A stretch of DNA of 63,820 nucleotides, the filler included, from Acidimicrobiia bacterium (GTDB taxonomy: Bacteria > Actinomycetota > Acidimicrobiia > Spongiisociales > JAENVV01), in assembly GCA_041577335.1 (NCBI GenBank). It is 3 parts of 3 records of this genome, joined end to end, with 100 filler letters (N's around TTAATTAATTAA, not from the genome) between each part and the next. Parts side by side here need not be neighbours in the genome. Positions count along the whole stretch, not along the records: positions 23,867 to 47,624 come from JBFGJH010000052.1; 2 more parts are not named here. One strand, given 5' to 3'. The translations under genes were made by a program, and so were the position numbers. Below the pieces are notes generated by a model that saw nothing but the letters and a program-made list of their open reading frames with translations, had not been told where the DNA came from and did no database searches. This document shows positions 29,434-39,022 of this stretch, in pieces. Within the stretch, counting starts at the first letter, position 1; every line of letters begins with the position of its first letter.

Positions 29434-30282
29434 CTATTCGACCAATTGGTAGCCGTTGTCTTTGGCGAATTGGACTACCTCGTGTGCTGGATAGAAACCG
29501 ATCGATTCCTCTGCCTCCGCTGCGACGGTTTCGGCCAGGTCTCCCTCCGCGTCGAACTCGTAGGTTATGCAGCCGCCATCGAAACTGAAGAACCAGTTCC
29601 CCCGATAGAACACATCCGGCGCTGCGTCTTCGATCAGGTCGAGTGCATCGAGGGGCTCGATGCCGCGGCCGGTGGCCGCAGGGTTGTTACTTCGGAGGTC
29701 CACCGTTCCCTCATCGGCGTCGAGTTCGTCGATGATCCACACGTATTGGTCTCGCTCGAGCGCCTCGTCTATGCGCGCACTGATTGGCTGATCCATGTTG
29801 TGGTCGATGGTGAACACCACCGGTCGGTCGTCCAGATTGACGTCGGCGAAGCGTTCGGCGAGTCTCATCGACGTCACCATGGGCCCACTTGCGGACGGTA
29901 CGAGCATGATCTCGATTTCGGCTGGCTCATACTCGACGTTTTCGTACCGTTCGATCTCCGATGAACCGGAGAAGACCTGAACTGCGCCGGACACATCGCA
30001 AAGCTCCGTTACTTTCACCGTCAAAAAGACCCGAGCCGCGCGTGCGATTTCGAACCCTGATTCACCCTTTTTCGCGAACCACTCGACCGAGTCCCACCCG
30101 AGTGGTCGTTCCTCGAGGCAGGGCGTGAACCGAGCGGTCGGCACGGCCTGGACGTTGAGTATGTTGGCCCCCGAGATACGACGTTCCGGCGAGGTACAGT
30201 CGGCCTCCCCGATGCCAAGATTGGTGCATGAGCTCACCAGCATGGCGAAAGCAGATAGCAGCACGACGGTTCGTGTGTTCAC
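29434..30282 (-). CDS. Lipoprotein of unknown function coupled to the PAP2-kinase gene
   Basis: Lipobox VSSC; GTGA overlap with the upstream gene; QAVPTARFTPC, GGCITYEF. Confidence 0.8.
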   Translation of the reverse strand: MNTRTVVLLSAFAMLVSSCTNLGIGEADCTSPERRISGANILNVQAVPTARFTPCLEERPLGWDSVEWFAKKGESGFEIARAARVFLTVKVTELCDVSGAVQVFSGSSEIERYENVEYEPAEIEIMLVPSASGPMVTSMRLAERFADVNLDDRPVVFTIDHNMDQPISARIDEALERDQYVWIIDELDADEGTVDLRSNNPAATGRGIEPLDALDLIEDAAPDVFYRGNWFFSFDGGCITYEFDAEGDLAETVAAEAEESIGFYPAHEVVQFAKDNGYQLVE

Positions 30283-32012
30283 AACAGCCCGATCCCCCGA
30301 ACTTCATCGATGATCGCGGAGATGACGAATAGCACGAGCAGAATGGCGGCGACCGTCAGGCGGATACGCCGAGGGCTCCACCGCTGGATGGATATCGGCT
30401 CGGCGTGTGGGGAGAGATCTCGAAACTCTTCAACGAGGTCGATTCCCTGCTGCTTCTTGAGCAGCGCAAGCGAGCTGCGGGATTGCGATGGCAGCGTCAC
30501 GCTGCGCGTCGCCGCAAACGCCTCAGCGATGTCTTCTGGCGCGAACTGGAGCAAAGCCCGCTGATATACCCGCTCGGCGTCCGTCCGCAACGCGAGGAGA
30601 ACCATCATGTTGGCGAGATCAACGGCCTGGCGCCAAGGGCTCGGGCGCACGGTGCCAAACGCTACGTCGATCAATACGACTCGGCCCTGGCTCAGCATCA
30701 CGTTGGCAGGCTTGATGTCACGGTGGGCAAGCCCGGCGTCCCACATTCGGCGGATGACGTCGAGGGCGTCGTCGATGATGGGGTCCGTCACCTCGGCGTG
30801 GGTGAGTTCTTGAGCATCTTCGAGGAAGCCGGTGACGATCAAGTATTCGCGTTCGGGAGTGATCTCGACGATTCCACACGGCGGGGCACTCGGCACACCG
30901 GCGTCGAGCATCAGACGCTGGATGTAGTCCTCGTATTCGACCAGTCGGCGGACCGATGCGAACCTCACCTCGTCTTCCAGCGAGCCGTAGAGGATGGTGC
31001 GTCCAACCTTGTACCAGCGGTCCGATCGTAGGTGTACCTGGCTATAGAGCTTGGCAAAGAGGTATTGATCGGGATCCCCTGCCACCTTCAATCGCAACGG
31101 TGTTGATCCTCCCGACCCCTCGAGTCCAAAAGGCTCGACATCGAGAACGTCGACGCCGAGCTGTTCGAACAGAGCCTTGCGGATGGCATCGCCACGTTCC
31201 CCTCCCACATCGAGGTGAGCGGTGACGCCGCGTTTCCATGTGACAGGAAACGCTGTTTCGGGGACGAACCACCGAAACAACACCACGGTGACCGCAGTGG
31301 CAAAGATGGCTGCCACGACTACGTCGCTCGGATGGTCAACACCCAAGTAGAGCTGGGCCATGATGAGTGCGAGTACCAGTGCACCAGAAACGCCGAGAAA
31401 CATATTGCGACGTCGGCCGGGTGGGACAAGGGCGTAGGCCATTGCGGTAAGCGTGACGGTGAGGCCGGCGACTGGTGCTGAAGGGTGGGACGGGCCTTCC
31501 CACCCGCCCAGCAGGGGCACAAAGGGCCGGGGCCTCCCGATGACCTCCTGCATGATTTCAACGGTCCCTTGGACCAGGAGAACTGCCAAGAGCACAGCAA
31601 AGAAGTGCCGCCAACGACGCACCCATGCCAGGGAAATCAACGCCGCGAAGCGCAGGATCCTGAGGAATAACCGGTCTCCCAGCACTGTCACGGCATCGGC
31701 GATCGACGTGAGGGTGCTTGTACGTAGCTCGACCAGGGACTGCAGGAACGCATTGTCTCGTTGAGTCCACCAATCCCTCGAGGCTGGAAACGCAAAGAGG
31801 GAGATCCAGATGGCGATCATGATGATGCCCCCGATCAGCCAGACGCGTCCGGTGGTTCGAAGTTCTCGCTGAAGCGGCGCCTTCTCCCCGCTCGGCCGGC
31901 GGCGCCGGCCGGCGACCCGGATGCCTGCCAGGCGCAGTTCGCGGCGAGCACCGATGTCGGGAATCTCGCGGCCGATGGGGTCTGGCCCTTGCGTTTGGGG
32001 TGGCGTATTCAT
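30279..32012 (-). CDS. PAP2-like membrane domain fused to a protein-kinase-like domain
   Basis: GRPRP / HPSAP / LYLGVDHPSD; Gly loop GSGGS, LFAK, HRDIKPAN, LIDVAF; C-terminal TM. Confidence 0.82.
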   Translation of the reverse strand: MNTPPQTQGPDPIGREIPDIGARRELRLAGIRVAGRRRRPSGEKAPLQRELRTTGRVWLIGGIIMIAIWISLFAFPASRDWWTQRDNAFLQSLVELRTSTLTSIADAVTVLGDRLFLRILRFAALISLAWVRRWRHFFAVLLAVLLVQGTVEIMQEVIGRPRPFVPLLGGWEGPSHPSAPVAGLTVTLTAMAYALVPPGRRRNMFLGVSGALVLALIMAQLYLGVDHPSDVVVAAIFATAVTVVLFRWFVPETAFPVTWKRGVTAHLDVGGERGDAIRKALFEQLGVDVLDVEPFGLEGSGGSTPLRLKVAGDPDQYLFAKLYSQVHLRSDRWYKVGRTILYGSLEDEVRFASVRRLVEYEDYIQRLMLDAGVPSAPPCGIVEITPEREYLIVTGFLEDAQELTHAEVTDPIIDDALDVIRRMWDAGLAHRDIKPANVMLSQGRVVLIDVAFGTVRPSPWRQAVDLANMMVLLALRTDAERVYQRALLQFAPEDIAEAFAATRSVTLPSQSRSSLALLKKQQGIDLVEEFRDLSPHAEPISIQRWSPRRIRLTVAAILLVLFVISAIIDEVRGIGLL

Positions 32013-32166
32013 GCCCGTCGCGTTCCGCCCTCCAATCAGTGTCGGCTGCCGAAGCTACCACCACCTCGTTCGGCCCTGCGCCGGGCAGCGAACCAACTCG
32101 TCGAGGCGCATTGCCTTGTGCCTTCGCCTGGTGGCTGGATTCGCGGAGAAGTAGCCTCACGAACCT

Positions 32167-32811
32167 GTGGCCGCCTCACATTCCCGTTCGTTGTTGACTG
32201 TTGAGATCCTCGGCGCGTCCCTTGCGGTCCTGGGGGTGTCTTGGGTCATCGCCGCCCCTGGTGGAGTGCCAGAGTGGGAGCAGAGCGTCTTCCGGCTCTT
32301 CAATGGCCTACCAGATTGGCTGTTTCCGGTGATTTGGGGGCCGATGCAGCTGGGTTCTCTGGTCGGAGCATTGTTGGTTGCGTTCGGCCTCTTTGCGGCG
32401 CAGCGGCGAGCTTGCGCAGTGACTTATGCGGCCGCCGTCGTGATCGGGTGGCTCGTAGCGGTTGGAGTGAAGCAGGTTGTCGGGCGAGAGCGTCCCGTCG
32501 GTGCAGGGCTCGACGTCATGGTCCGAGGCGCCGATGCATCAGGCTTTGGATTCATCTCGGGGCACACGACCGTTGCGTTCGCCGGCGCGACGGTGATCTG
32601 GGCCTTCTACCGGCGTTCCTGGGGCCTCGCTGCCTTTGGCCTGGCGGGTGTGGTCGGAATCTCACGGATGTACGTGGGAGCGCACTTGCCGCTCGACGTG
32701 GTCGGGGGTGCTGCTGTGGGAGTCTTTGTTGGAGGTCTTGTCACATTGATTGAACACATCATCGGGTCGAGGCGTGAGGTACCAACGATCGAAGATGGCA
32801 TGCACAACTAG
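32167..32811 (+). CDS. PAP2 family phosphatase with intact motifs
   Basis: KQVVGRERP, FISGH, SRMYVGAHLPLD. Confidence 0.9.
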   Translation: MAASHSRSLLTVEILGASLAVLGVSWVIAAPGGVPEWEQSVFRLFNGLPDWLFPVIWGPMQLGSLVGALLVAFGLFAAQRRACAVTYAAAVVIGWLVAVGVKQVVGRERPVGAGLDVMVRGADASGFGFISGHTTVAFAGATVIWAFYRRSWGLAAFGLAGVVGISRMYVGAHLPLDVVGGAAVGVFVGGLVTLIEHIIGSRREVPTIEDGMHN

Positions 32812-32871
32812 TCGGCGCAGCCCCAGCCGACGGTCCGGTCAGGCGAGCGTCGGCGATAGGCTTGCGGACCG

Positions 32872-33960
32872 ATGAAAACCTTGGTGACGCTCCGTGCCCT
32901 CGATGGCTCGGCTCAGCAACTGGCCATCGGCAACGGCGTCTGGGTCGACCCGGAAGGGTTTGGCGTCGAGGACGAGCTCGATACTTCGAGTCTCTGGGCC
33001 GTGCCAGGGCTGGCCGACTGCCACGCCCACTTGGCTGCTTCGTCGGTCGAGGAGCTTCGACAGTCTGATGATGTCAGTATCGATCGCGCCGTCGTTTCGA
33101 ACGCGTGGTCGCAACTGTCGGCAGGTGTCTTCCTTGTGCTCGACAAGGGATCGAAGAACTCCCGCACCTTGCGGATCCTTGCTGAGCCGCCCGATCAGCG
33201 ACCGGCGGTCGAGGCGGCTGGCACCATCCTCACCGTGGCCGGCGGCTACTACCCAGGATTCGGGCGAGAGGTTGACCAGGCTGACCTACTCGGTTCGGTA
33301 CAAGAGGCCACCGGTCACGGAGCGAGCTGGGTGAAGCTCATCGGCGACTGGCCCCGCAAGGGTCGCGGCGTGGTATCGAATTTCGACGAATCTCAGCTCG
33401 CCGCAGTGGTTGAAATGGCACATGATTCGGGCTGCCGGGTCGCGATTCACGCCGCCGGCCCCGACACCTCGAGCATGGCCGTGGCGGCCGGGGTCGACTC
33501 GATCGAGCACGGCCTCTTCCTAACTCCCGACGATCTCGAGGCGCTGGGGGACCGTGCCGGCGCGTGGGTCCCGACCGTCCTGGCGATGGAGTCGACCCGC
33601 GACCTCCTGGGAGGCGACAGCAGCGGTGGGCGGCTCTTCCAGAAGGGGCTCGACAACGTGAGGTCCATTTTGTGCGACGCACCCGGGGCGGGAGTAAAAG
33701 TGTTGACCGGGAGCGACCTGGCCATCCCGCATGGAACGGTGGCTGCAGAGGCGGTCGCGTTGGAGCGTTACGGCCTCACCAGAGAGGCTGCCGTTGCGGC
33801 GGCCACCGCAAACGCATACGAGTACACCGGTCGCGACGTGGGCTTTCGGATCGGAGAGCCTGCCAACGCCGTGTTCTTTCACAACAACCCGATTGAACGA
33901 ATCGAGTCGCTGCTCGAACCAGCCGTCGTACTGTTCAGGGGCTCGGCGATCAACCGCTAA
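32872..33960 (+). CDS. Amidohydrolase family protein
   Basis: PGLADCHAH, WVKL, AIHA, IEHG, GSD. Confidence 0.88.
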   Translation: MKTLVTLRALDGSAQQLAIGNGVWVDPEGFGVEDELDTSSLWAVPGLADCHAHLAASSVEELRQSDDVSIDRAVVSNAWSQLSAGVFLVLDKGSKNSRTLRILAEPPDQRPAVEAAGTILTVAGGYYPGFGREVDQADLLGSVQEATGHGASWVKLIGDWPRKGRGVVSNFDESQLAAVVEMAHDSGCRVAIHAAGPDTSSMAVAAGVDSIEHGLFLTPDDLEALGDRAGAWVPTVLAMESTRDLLGGDSSGGRLFQKGLDNVRSILCDAPGAGVKVLTGSDLAIPHGTVAAEAVALERYGLTREAAVAAATANAYEYTGRDVGFRIGEPANAVFFHNNPIERIESLLEPAVVLFRGSAINR

Positions 33961-34034
33961 AGCCCTATTTGGCTCCGAGCTTCGGGCAATGGTCAGCAGT
34001 GCGCTGGGGTGGCTCGTTGCTACGCTCACCCTCG

Positions 34035-34607
34035 ATGTCAGCAGCCGATTTTGTTCTCGCCTCATCCTCACCGCGACGCCGCGCTCTGCTCCAGCAGCTC
34101 GGTCTGACTTTCGAAATCGTGCCCCCCGATGTTGACGAAACCCAGCTAGCCAAGGAAGCACCAGCCGCCATGGTCGACCGTATAGCCCGACTCAAGGCCA
34201 CGACCATCGACACGGAACTTCCGGTGGTCGCGGCGGACACGGCCGTGGTTCTCGACGGCAGGGTCATGGGCAAACCGGAGAACCCGGCTGCGGCCCACGA
34301 GATGCTGGCGCTCTTGTCCGGAAGGACGCACGCTGTCGCGACGGGCGTGGCGGTGCGACGAGGCGGGTCGATCCGCTCTTCGGTCGTCGTCGCCGATGTG
34401 ACGTTTGCGCCCATGACCCCGGCCGAAATCGAGTGGTACGTGGGAACGGAAGAGCCCCTCGACAAGGCAGGAGCCTACGGTCTCGGTGGAATCGGAAATG
34501 TCTTCGTGCGCGGCATCGCAGGCAGCCACAGCACAGTGATGGGATTGCCGCTGAGCCAAACTGTCGCGATGCTCCGCTGGGCCGGCGTTGCGGTGGCGGG
34601 GGGCTGA
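34035..34607 (+). CDS. maf: Maf nucleoside-triphosphate pyrophosphatase
   Basis: LASSSPRRR, ADTAV, GKP, DKAGAYG, VMGLP; start ATG 34035. Confidence 0.93.
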   Translation: MSAADFVLASSSPRRRALLQQLGLTFEIVPPDVDETQLAKEAPAAMVDRIARLKATTIDTELPVVAADTAVVLDGRVMGKPENPAAAHEMLALLSGRTHAVATGVAVRRGGSIRSSVVVADVTFAPMTPAEIEWYVGTEEPLDKAGAYGLGGIGNVFVRGIAGSHSTVMGLPLSQTVAMLRWAGVAVAGG

Positions 34608-35999
34608 TCAACCGATGTTGCCGACGCCCGAGCGCTCCATGTCTCCCCATTCGACCTCACCGCGCCGCCAGAACATCGCCCGCACTCGCCACCACACCGT
34701 CTGCTGGCGGGGCCCGAAGTTCTCCATGGTGGCGACCGCCAACAGGGTCAGAGCCTGGCGTGGCGAGTTGAAATGGCCGTACTGCTCATCGAGCGCCAAT
34801 GCCCCAATCGAATTGAGGATTCCGAGCAGGAACGCGATGAGAAGCAGCCACAGGAACGTCGAGACGTTGAGGAATCCGAAGATGAGTGCAATTGGGATGA
34901 TGATCCAGCCGATGAACTCGACGATTGGCGCAAGAAACTCGAAGAGGAAGAAGGCCGGCCAGGCCGCCATGCCGACGACCCCGTAGCGAGGGCGCAGGAG
35001 CATCGATTTGTGGTCGGACACCACTTGCAGCAGGCCCCGGTGCCAGCGTATGCGCTGTTTGCGCAACACCGAACGTTTCTTGGGGACCTCGGTCCACACG
35101 ACGGCATCGGGCGCGTAGACGATTCGGTATTCGTTGCCGGCATCTCGCTGGGTTCGGTGGAGGCGCATCGTCACGTCGAAGTCCTCGCCCAGGTGATGCT
35201 CGGGAAAGCCGCCGCACTCGATCAGCGCCGTCTTCCGAAACACCCCATAGGCACCGGACACGAGCAACAGGCCGTTCAACTCTGACCACCCGGGCCGGGC
35301 TGCAAGGAAGGAGCGCTGGTATTCCACGACTTGAACGAGCTCGGTGAGGCCGATCGGCAGTCCCGGTTCTTCAACGCGGCCATGAGCGACTTGGCACCCA
35401 TTCAGTGGGCGGATGTTGCCGCCGACGGCAATGGTCCGGTGGCGGTCTTCGACGAACGGGCGCATCGAGTGCAGGAGGGATTCTTCCTCGAAGATCATGT
35501 CGGCGTCGGTCACCAGTATGTATGGGTAGCGGGCGGCGTTGATCCCTGCGTTCAGCGCATCTCCCTTTCCGCCGTTCTCCTTGTCGACCACGGTCAGGTT
35601 GATCGGCAAGGCGGACTGGTAGATGGCGCGGATGGGATGGTGATCGAGCTGGGGCCGGATGGGGATGTCGACTCTCCTGAGTTGAAAGGCGTCGATGAGC
35701 GCTTCGAGCGTGTCGTCGGTGGAGCCGTCGTTGACGACCACGATTTCGAATCGGGGATAGGCAAGGATGGTCCGGGATCTGATCGAATCGACGATTCCGG
35801 CTGCTTCGTTGTAAGCGGGCACGACGAGCGAGACCGGAGGGCTCGAGTCCGACTGAAGCATGTCGTGCGTCCGACCGTAGGCCGTGACCCGCTTGGCCCT
35901 TCTCAGGGCTCGCGCCGACATGGCCAGCACGACCGCGGTCTGCGCCTCGATGGCGATGAAGAAGATCAGAACGATGAGTGATGCAACGGCGAGGACCAT
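34608..35999 (-). CDS. Processive GT2 glycosyltransferase (PgaC/IcaA-like)
   Basis: PAYNE, DGSTD, DAD, GED, QRIRW, C-terminal TMs, WGDMER. Confidence 0.9.
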   Translation of the reverse strand: MVLAVASLIVLIFFIAIEAQTAVVLAMSARALRRAKRVTAYGRTHDMLQSDSSPPVSLVVPAYNEAAGIVDSIRSRTILAYPRFEIVVVNDGSTDDTLEALIDAFQLRRVDIPIRPQLDHHPIRAIYQSALPINLTVVDKENGGKGDALNAGINAARYPYILVTDADMIFEEESLLHSMRPFVEDRHRTIAVGGNIRPLNGCQVAHGRVEEPGLPIGLTELVQVVEYQRSFLAARPGWSELNGLLLVSGAYGVFRKTALIECGGFPEHHLGEDFDVTMRLHRTQRDAGNEYRIVYAPDAVVWTEVPKKRSVLRKQRIRWHRGLLQVVSDHKSMLLRPRYGVVGMAAWPAFFLFEFLAPIVEFIGWIIIPIALIFGFLNVSTFLWLLLIAFLLGILNSIGALALDEQYGHFNSPRQALTLLAVATMENFGPRQQTVWWRVRAMFWRRGEVEWGDMERSGVGNIG

Positions 36000-37129
36000 C
36001 AGCCGACGCCAGGCTCGAGCAAGTAGGGCCTTCCCAGCTGCTGAAGGAGACGTCTGCGTTCGGGGTCGGTCGCCGCGTCATCGAGATAGCCTGAGGCCAT
36101 CAGTTGCGCCAGGGCGGCGTCGACGGCGAAAGGATCTTCGTCGTCGAGCATCTCGAAGAGCGCGTCGATTCCACCCTCGATGTCGGCCATGGATGCTGCC
36201 GCATTCTGGCGCACCCACCACGCTTCGTCGCGGAGAGCGCGCGACAGAGCCTCCAGCGTGCTCCGGTCGTTGTGGCGTCCCAGCGCCGTCGCTGCTTGGG
36301 CGCGTACTCGCCAGTCTTCGTCAACGAGTCGTTGCAGCAAGGCCCTGGTGACGCGCTGGCCCCACGGATGGCCGAGTGCGGCGGCCGCCCGGATCCGCAA
36401 CCAGGCGTCGTCGGCGCTGAGTGCCTGGAGGAGAGCTGTCTCGGCGCGGGGATCGCCGATGAGGCCCAGTATCCGCACCACGACCGGCAGGTGGGCGGGT
36501 ACCGGTGTAACGGCAGGGCCGGCGATCAACACGTGGTTTGACAACGTCTGGACTGCGGCCGGCCCGAAGCGCACGAGAGAATCGGCCATCCGCTCCGCCG
36601 CCCACCGGTCCTCCTTCTCCAAAGCAGCTAGAACCGCCGGCGCATCCGCCTCGGCGCCGAGGATGGAAAGCCCGGCGGCCGCACTGATCCGCACTTCGAC
36701 CGATTTGTCCGACAAGGCAGTCCTGAGGTCCTTCCGCGAGGATGGGGACGCGATTTCGGCCAGGCTCGCCGATGCGCGAAGACGCACCGATTCTCGTTTG
36801 CTCCCCACCAACTCGGCGTGGAATTGGTCGACGAGCCCAACTCGATGAGCCAATTCGACGAGCAAGTCGCGTTCGGCGCCGTCGACGAAATCGAGGAAGT
36901 CGACAAGGGTCTCGCGGAACGCCGGGTCTTCTGCCCACTCCGTTCGATCATGGGCAGGCAGGGTCAGCCGACTGACGATCTCACCGAGTGCTCCGATGTA
37001 CACGGCGCTCCGAAATGCTGCTGCCTTGGCGCGTCGATGGCGCCACACTTTGATGACGAATAGGGCCACCATCGCCGACACCGTGAGCGTGGCCAGGATC
37101 AGCGCGATGAGTGGAAGGTCGGGGGTCAA
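35999..37129 (-). CDS. Membrane-anchored HEAT-repeat protein
   Basis: N-terminal TM; repeated L.D....VR..AA..LG units. Confidence 0.88.
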   Translation of the reverse strand: MTPDLPLIALILATLTVSAMVALFVIKVWRHRRAKAAAFRSAVYIGALGEIVSRLTLPAHDRTEWAEDPAFRETLVDFLDFVDGAERDLLVELAHRVGLVDQFHAELVGSKRESVRLRASASLAEIASPSSRKDLRTALSDKSVEVRISAAAGLSILGAEADAPAVLAALEKEDRWAAERMADSLVRFGPAAVQTLSNHVLIAGPAVTPVPAHLPVVVRILGLIGDPRAETALLQALSADDAWLRIRAAAALGHPWGQRVTRALLQRLVDEDWRVRAQAATALGRHNDRSTLEALSRALRDEAWWVRQNAAASMADIEGGIDALFEMLDDEDPFAVDAALAQLMASGYLDDAATDPERRRLLQQLGRPYLLEPGVG

Positions 37130-37515
37130 GGTTTCTTCAAGTCGCTTCGCCCGAGTACGAAGCTGATCTCTTCGAGTAGTTCGTCGGCTGAAATCGGCTT
37201 GGCGAGGTAGGCGTTGGCGCCGAGCGCCAGGCTTTCCACTTGCGTCTCAGCGTCGGCGATGGCCGAGATCATGATCACTGCGAATTCCCTTCCCTGCCTG
37301 CGCCACTCCTGCACCACCTCGGACCCCACCCTGCCGGGGAGCACATGGTCAACCAAGGCGAGGTCCAGATCGTTGTCGAGGCCCATTTGCAGAGCCGTGT
37401 TGCCGTCGGACGCCGTCAAGACAATCGCGCCGACCTGCTGGAGCCACCTACGTATCAGCTCCGTAACGAGACGGGAGTCGTCGGCAACCAGAACGAGTGG
37501 CCGATGAGGATCCAT
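37126..37515 (-). CDS. Single-domain response regulator (CheY-like)
   Basis: LVADD, LVDHVLPG, MISA, LAKP; start ATG 37515. Confidence 0.88.
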   Translation of the reverse strand: MDPHRPLVLVADDSRLVTELIRRWLQQVGAIVLTASDGNTALQMGLDNDLDLALVDHVLPGRVGSEVVQEWRRQGREFAVIMISAIADAETQVESLALGANAYLAKPISADELLEEISFVLGRSDLKKP

Positions 37516-37601
37516 GGAGGCTAAGCGTAGTTCCCTGGGTCGTCTGCTCTCGTGGTTCCTGCTTTGCAGAGGCGGCTCCTGGGTACCACCATGATCGGCC
37601 C

Positions 37602-38726
37602 ATGAGCTCGTCACTTCGGATTGGACCCCTGCGCGTTACGCCTCCCGTTGTGCTCGCACCCATGGCGGGCGTCACGAATGCGCCTTTTCGGCGACTATGT
37701 CGGGAGTTCGGCGCCGGCTTGTACGTGAGTGAAATGTTGGGAGCGCGAGCGATTGTTGAAGATGACGAGCGCACGCTGCAGCTTGCCGAGTTCGGCGCAG
37801 ATGAGCAGGTACGCAGCATTCAGATCTACGGAACAGAGCCGATGTCGGTGGGCGGGGCGGTTCGGCGACTCGTTGACGAGGGCCGGGTCGATCACATCGA
37901 CATGAACTTCGGCTGTCCAGCGCCGAAGGTGACCCGCCATGGTGGCGGGGCGGTCCTTCCCTACAAGCGGCGCCTTTATGAGTCGATCGTGACTGCCGCC
38001 ACCGGGGCAGCCGGCGCGGTTCCGGTCACGGTGAAGTTCCGAATGGGAATCGACGAGGCACATCTCACGTATATCGAGGCAGGGCAGATCGCAGAAGCTG
38101 CCGGGGCGGCCGCGGTTGCGTTGCATGCCCGGACTGCCGAACAGCTCTACTCGGGCAATGCTCGGTGGGAGGCCATAGGTCAGCTGGCGGAGGCCGTTAC
38201 GTCGATCCCTGTGCTCGGAAATGGTGACATCTGGGAGGCCGCCGACGCTATCGAGATGGTGGACCGAACCGGATGTGACGGAGTCGTGGTGGGCCGGGGA
38301 TGCCTGGGCCGGCCATGGCTGTTCCGTGAGCTCGCCGAAGCGTTTGCGGGGAAGCCGATCACGCCTCCGCCCGACCTCGGCGAGGTAGCGTCGATCATGG
38401 TCCACCACGCCCAGCTACTCGTCGACCAGTTCGGCGTCGCCCGAGGGATCCGAAGCTTTCGCAAGCACACCTCGTGGTACCTGAAAGGCTTCGTGGCCGG
38501 GAGCGACGTGAGGCGGCGACTCAACCTCGTCGAGTCTGTCGACCAGGTGGAAGCGATCCTCGCCGATTTGGACCTGTCGCAGCCGTTCCCGGCCGGCGCG
38601 GCGCGCATGACTCGAGGCCACGCCCATGGCCCCAGACCCGTCAAGCTGCCGCATGGATTCCTGACCGATCGCGATGCGCTCGACGAGTTGCCGGCCGCCG
38701 CCGCATTGGCAGTGTCGGGCGGATAA
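37602..38726 (+). CDS. dusB: tRNA dihydrouridine synthase
   Basis: LAPMAGVT, NFGCP, LHART, GNGDI, GRG.LGRPW; start ATG 37602. Confidence 0.93.
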   Translation: MSSSLRIGPLRVTPPVVLAPMAGVTNAPFRRLCREFGAGLYVSEMLGARAIVEDDERTLQLAEFGADEQVRSIQIYGTEPMSVGGAVRRLVDEGRVDHIDMNFGCPAPKVTRHGGGAVLPYKRRLYESIVTAATGAAGAVPVTVKFRMGIDEAHLTYIEAGQIAEAAGAAAVALHARTAEQLYSGNARWEAIGQLAEAVTSIPVLGNGDIWEAADAIEMVDRTGCDGVVVGRGCLGRPWLFRELAEAFAGKPITPPPDLGEVASIMVHHAQLLVDQFGVARGIRSFRKHTSWYLKGFVAGSDVRRRLNLVESVDQVEAILADLDLSQPFPAGAARMTRGHAHGPRPVKLPHGFLTDRDALDELPAAAALAVSGG

Positions 38727-39022
38727 CACCCTTTCGATCGAATCGGGCGACCCTGTTCTGTTGGTCCTCGCAAACGGAGACGCGTTGGCGGCGGCGGCCC
38801 TGGTCACGGGTCGAGAACGCATGCCGTTCTCGAATGCAGTTGCAGAGCAACTGGGCGGTGGCAGAAACCCCCTCAATACGGAGTCTCCCTTCTCGAAATG
38901 CCGTCGCCGTCGTACGGGTGAGCTTTCCCCCGCCAGCTTCCGTATTTGGACTCGTAGGAGATATTTGGCTCTATTATTGCGGCGGCTCAGTCGAGCCTCT
39001 TCCCTCTCACGAAAGGCCCTTC

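Noticed and set aside
38474..39022. Long N-terminal extension of the LCP protein
   Set aside because: Overlaps dusB and intergenic DNA; GTG 39023 has an RBS and precedes the TM anchor.
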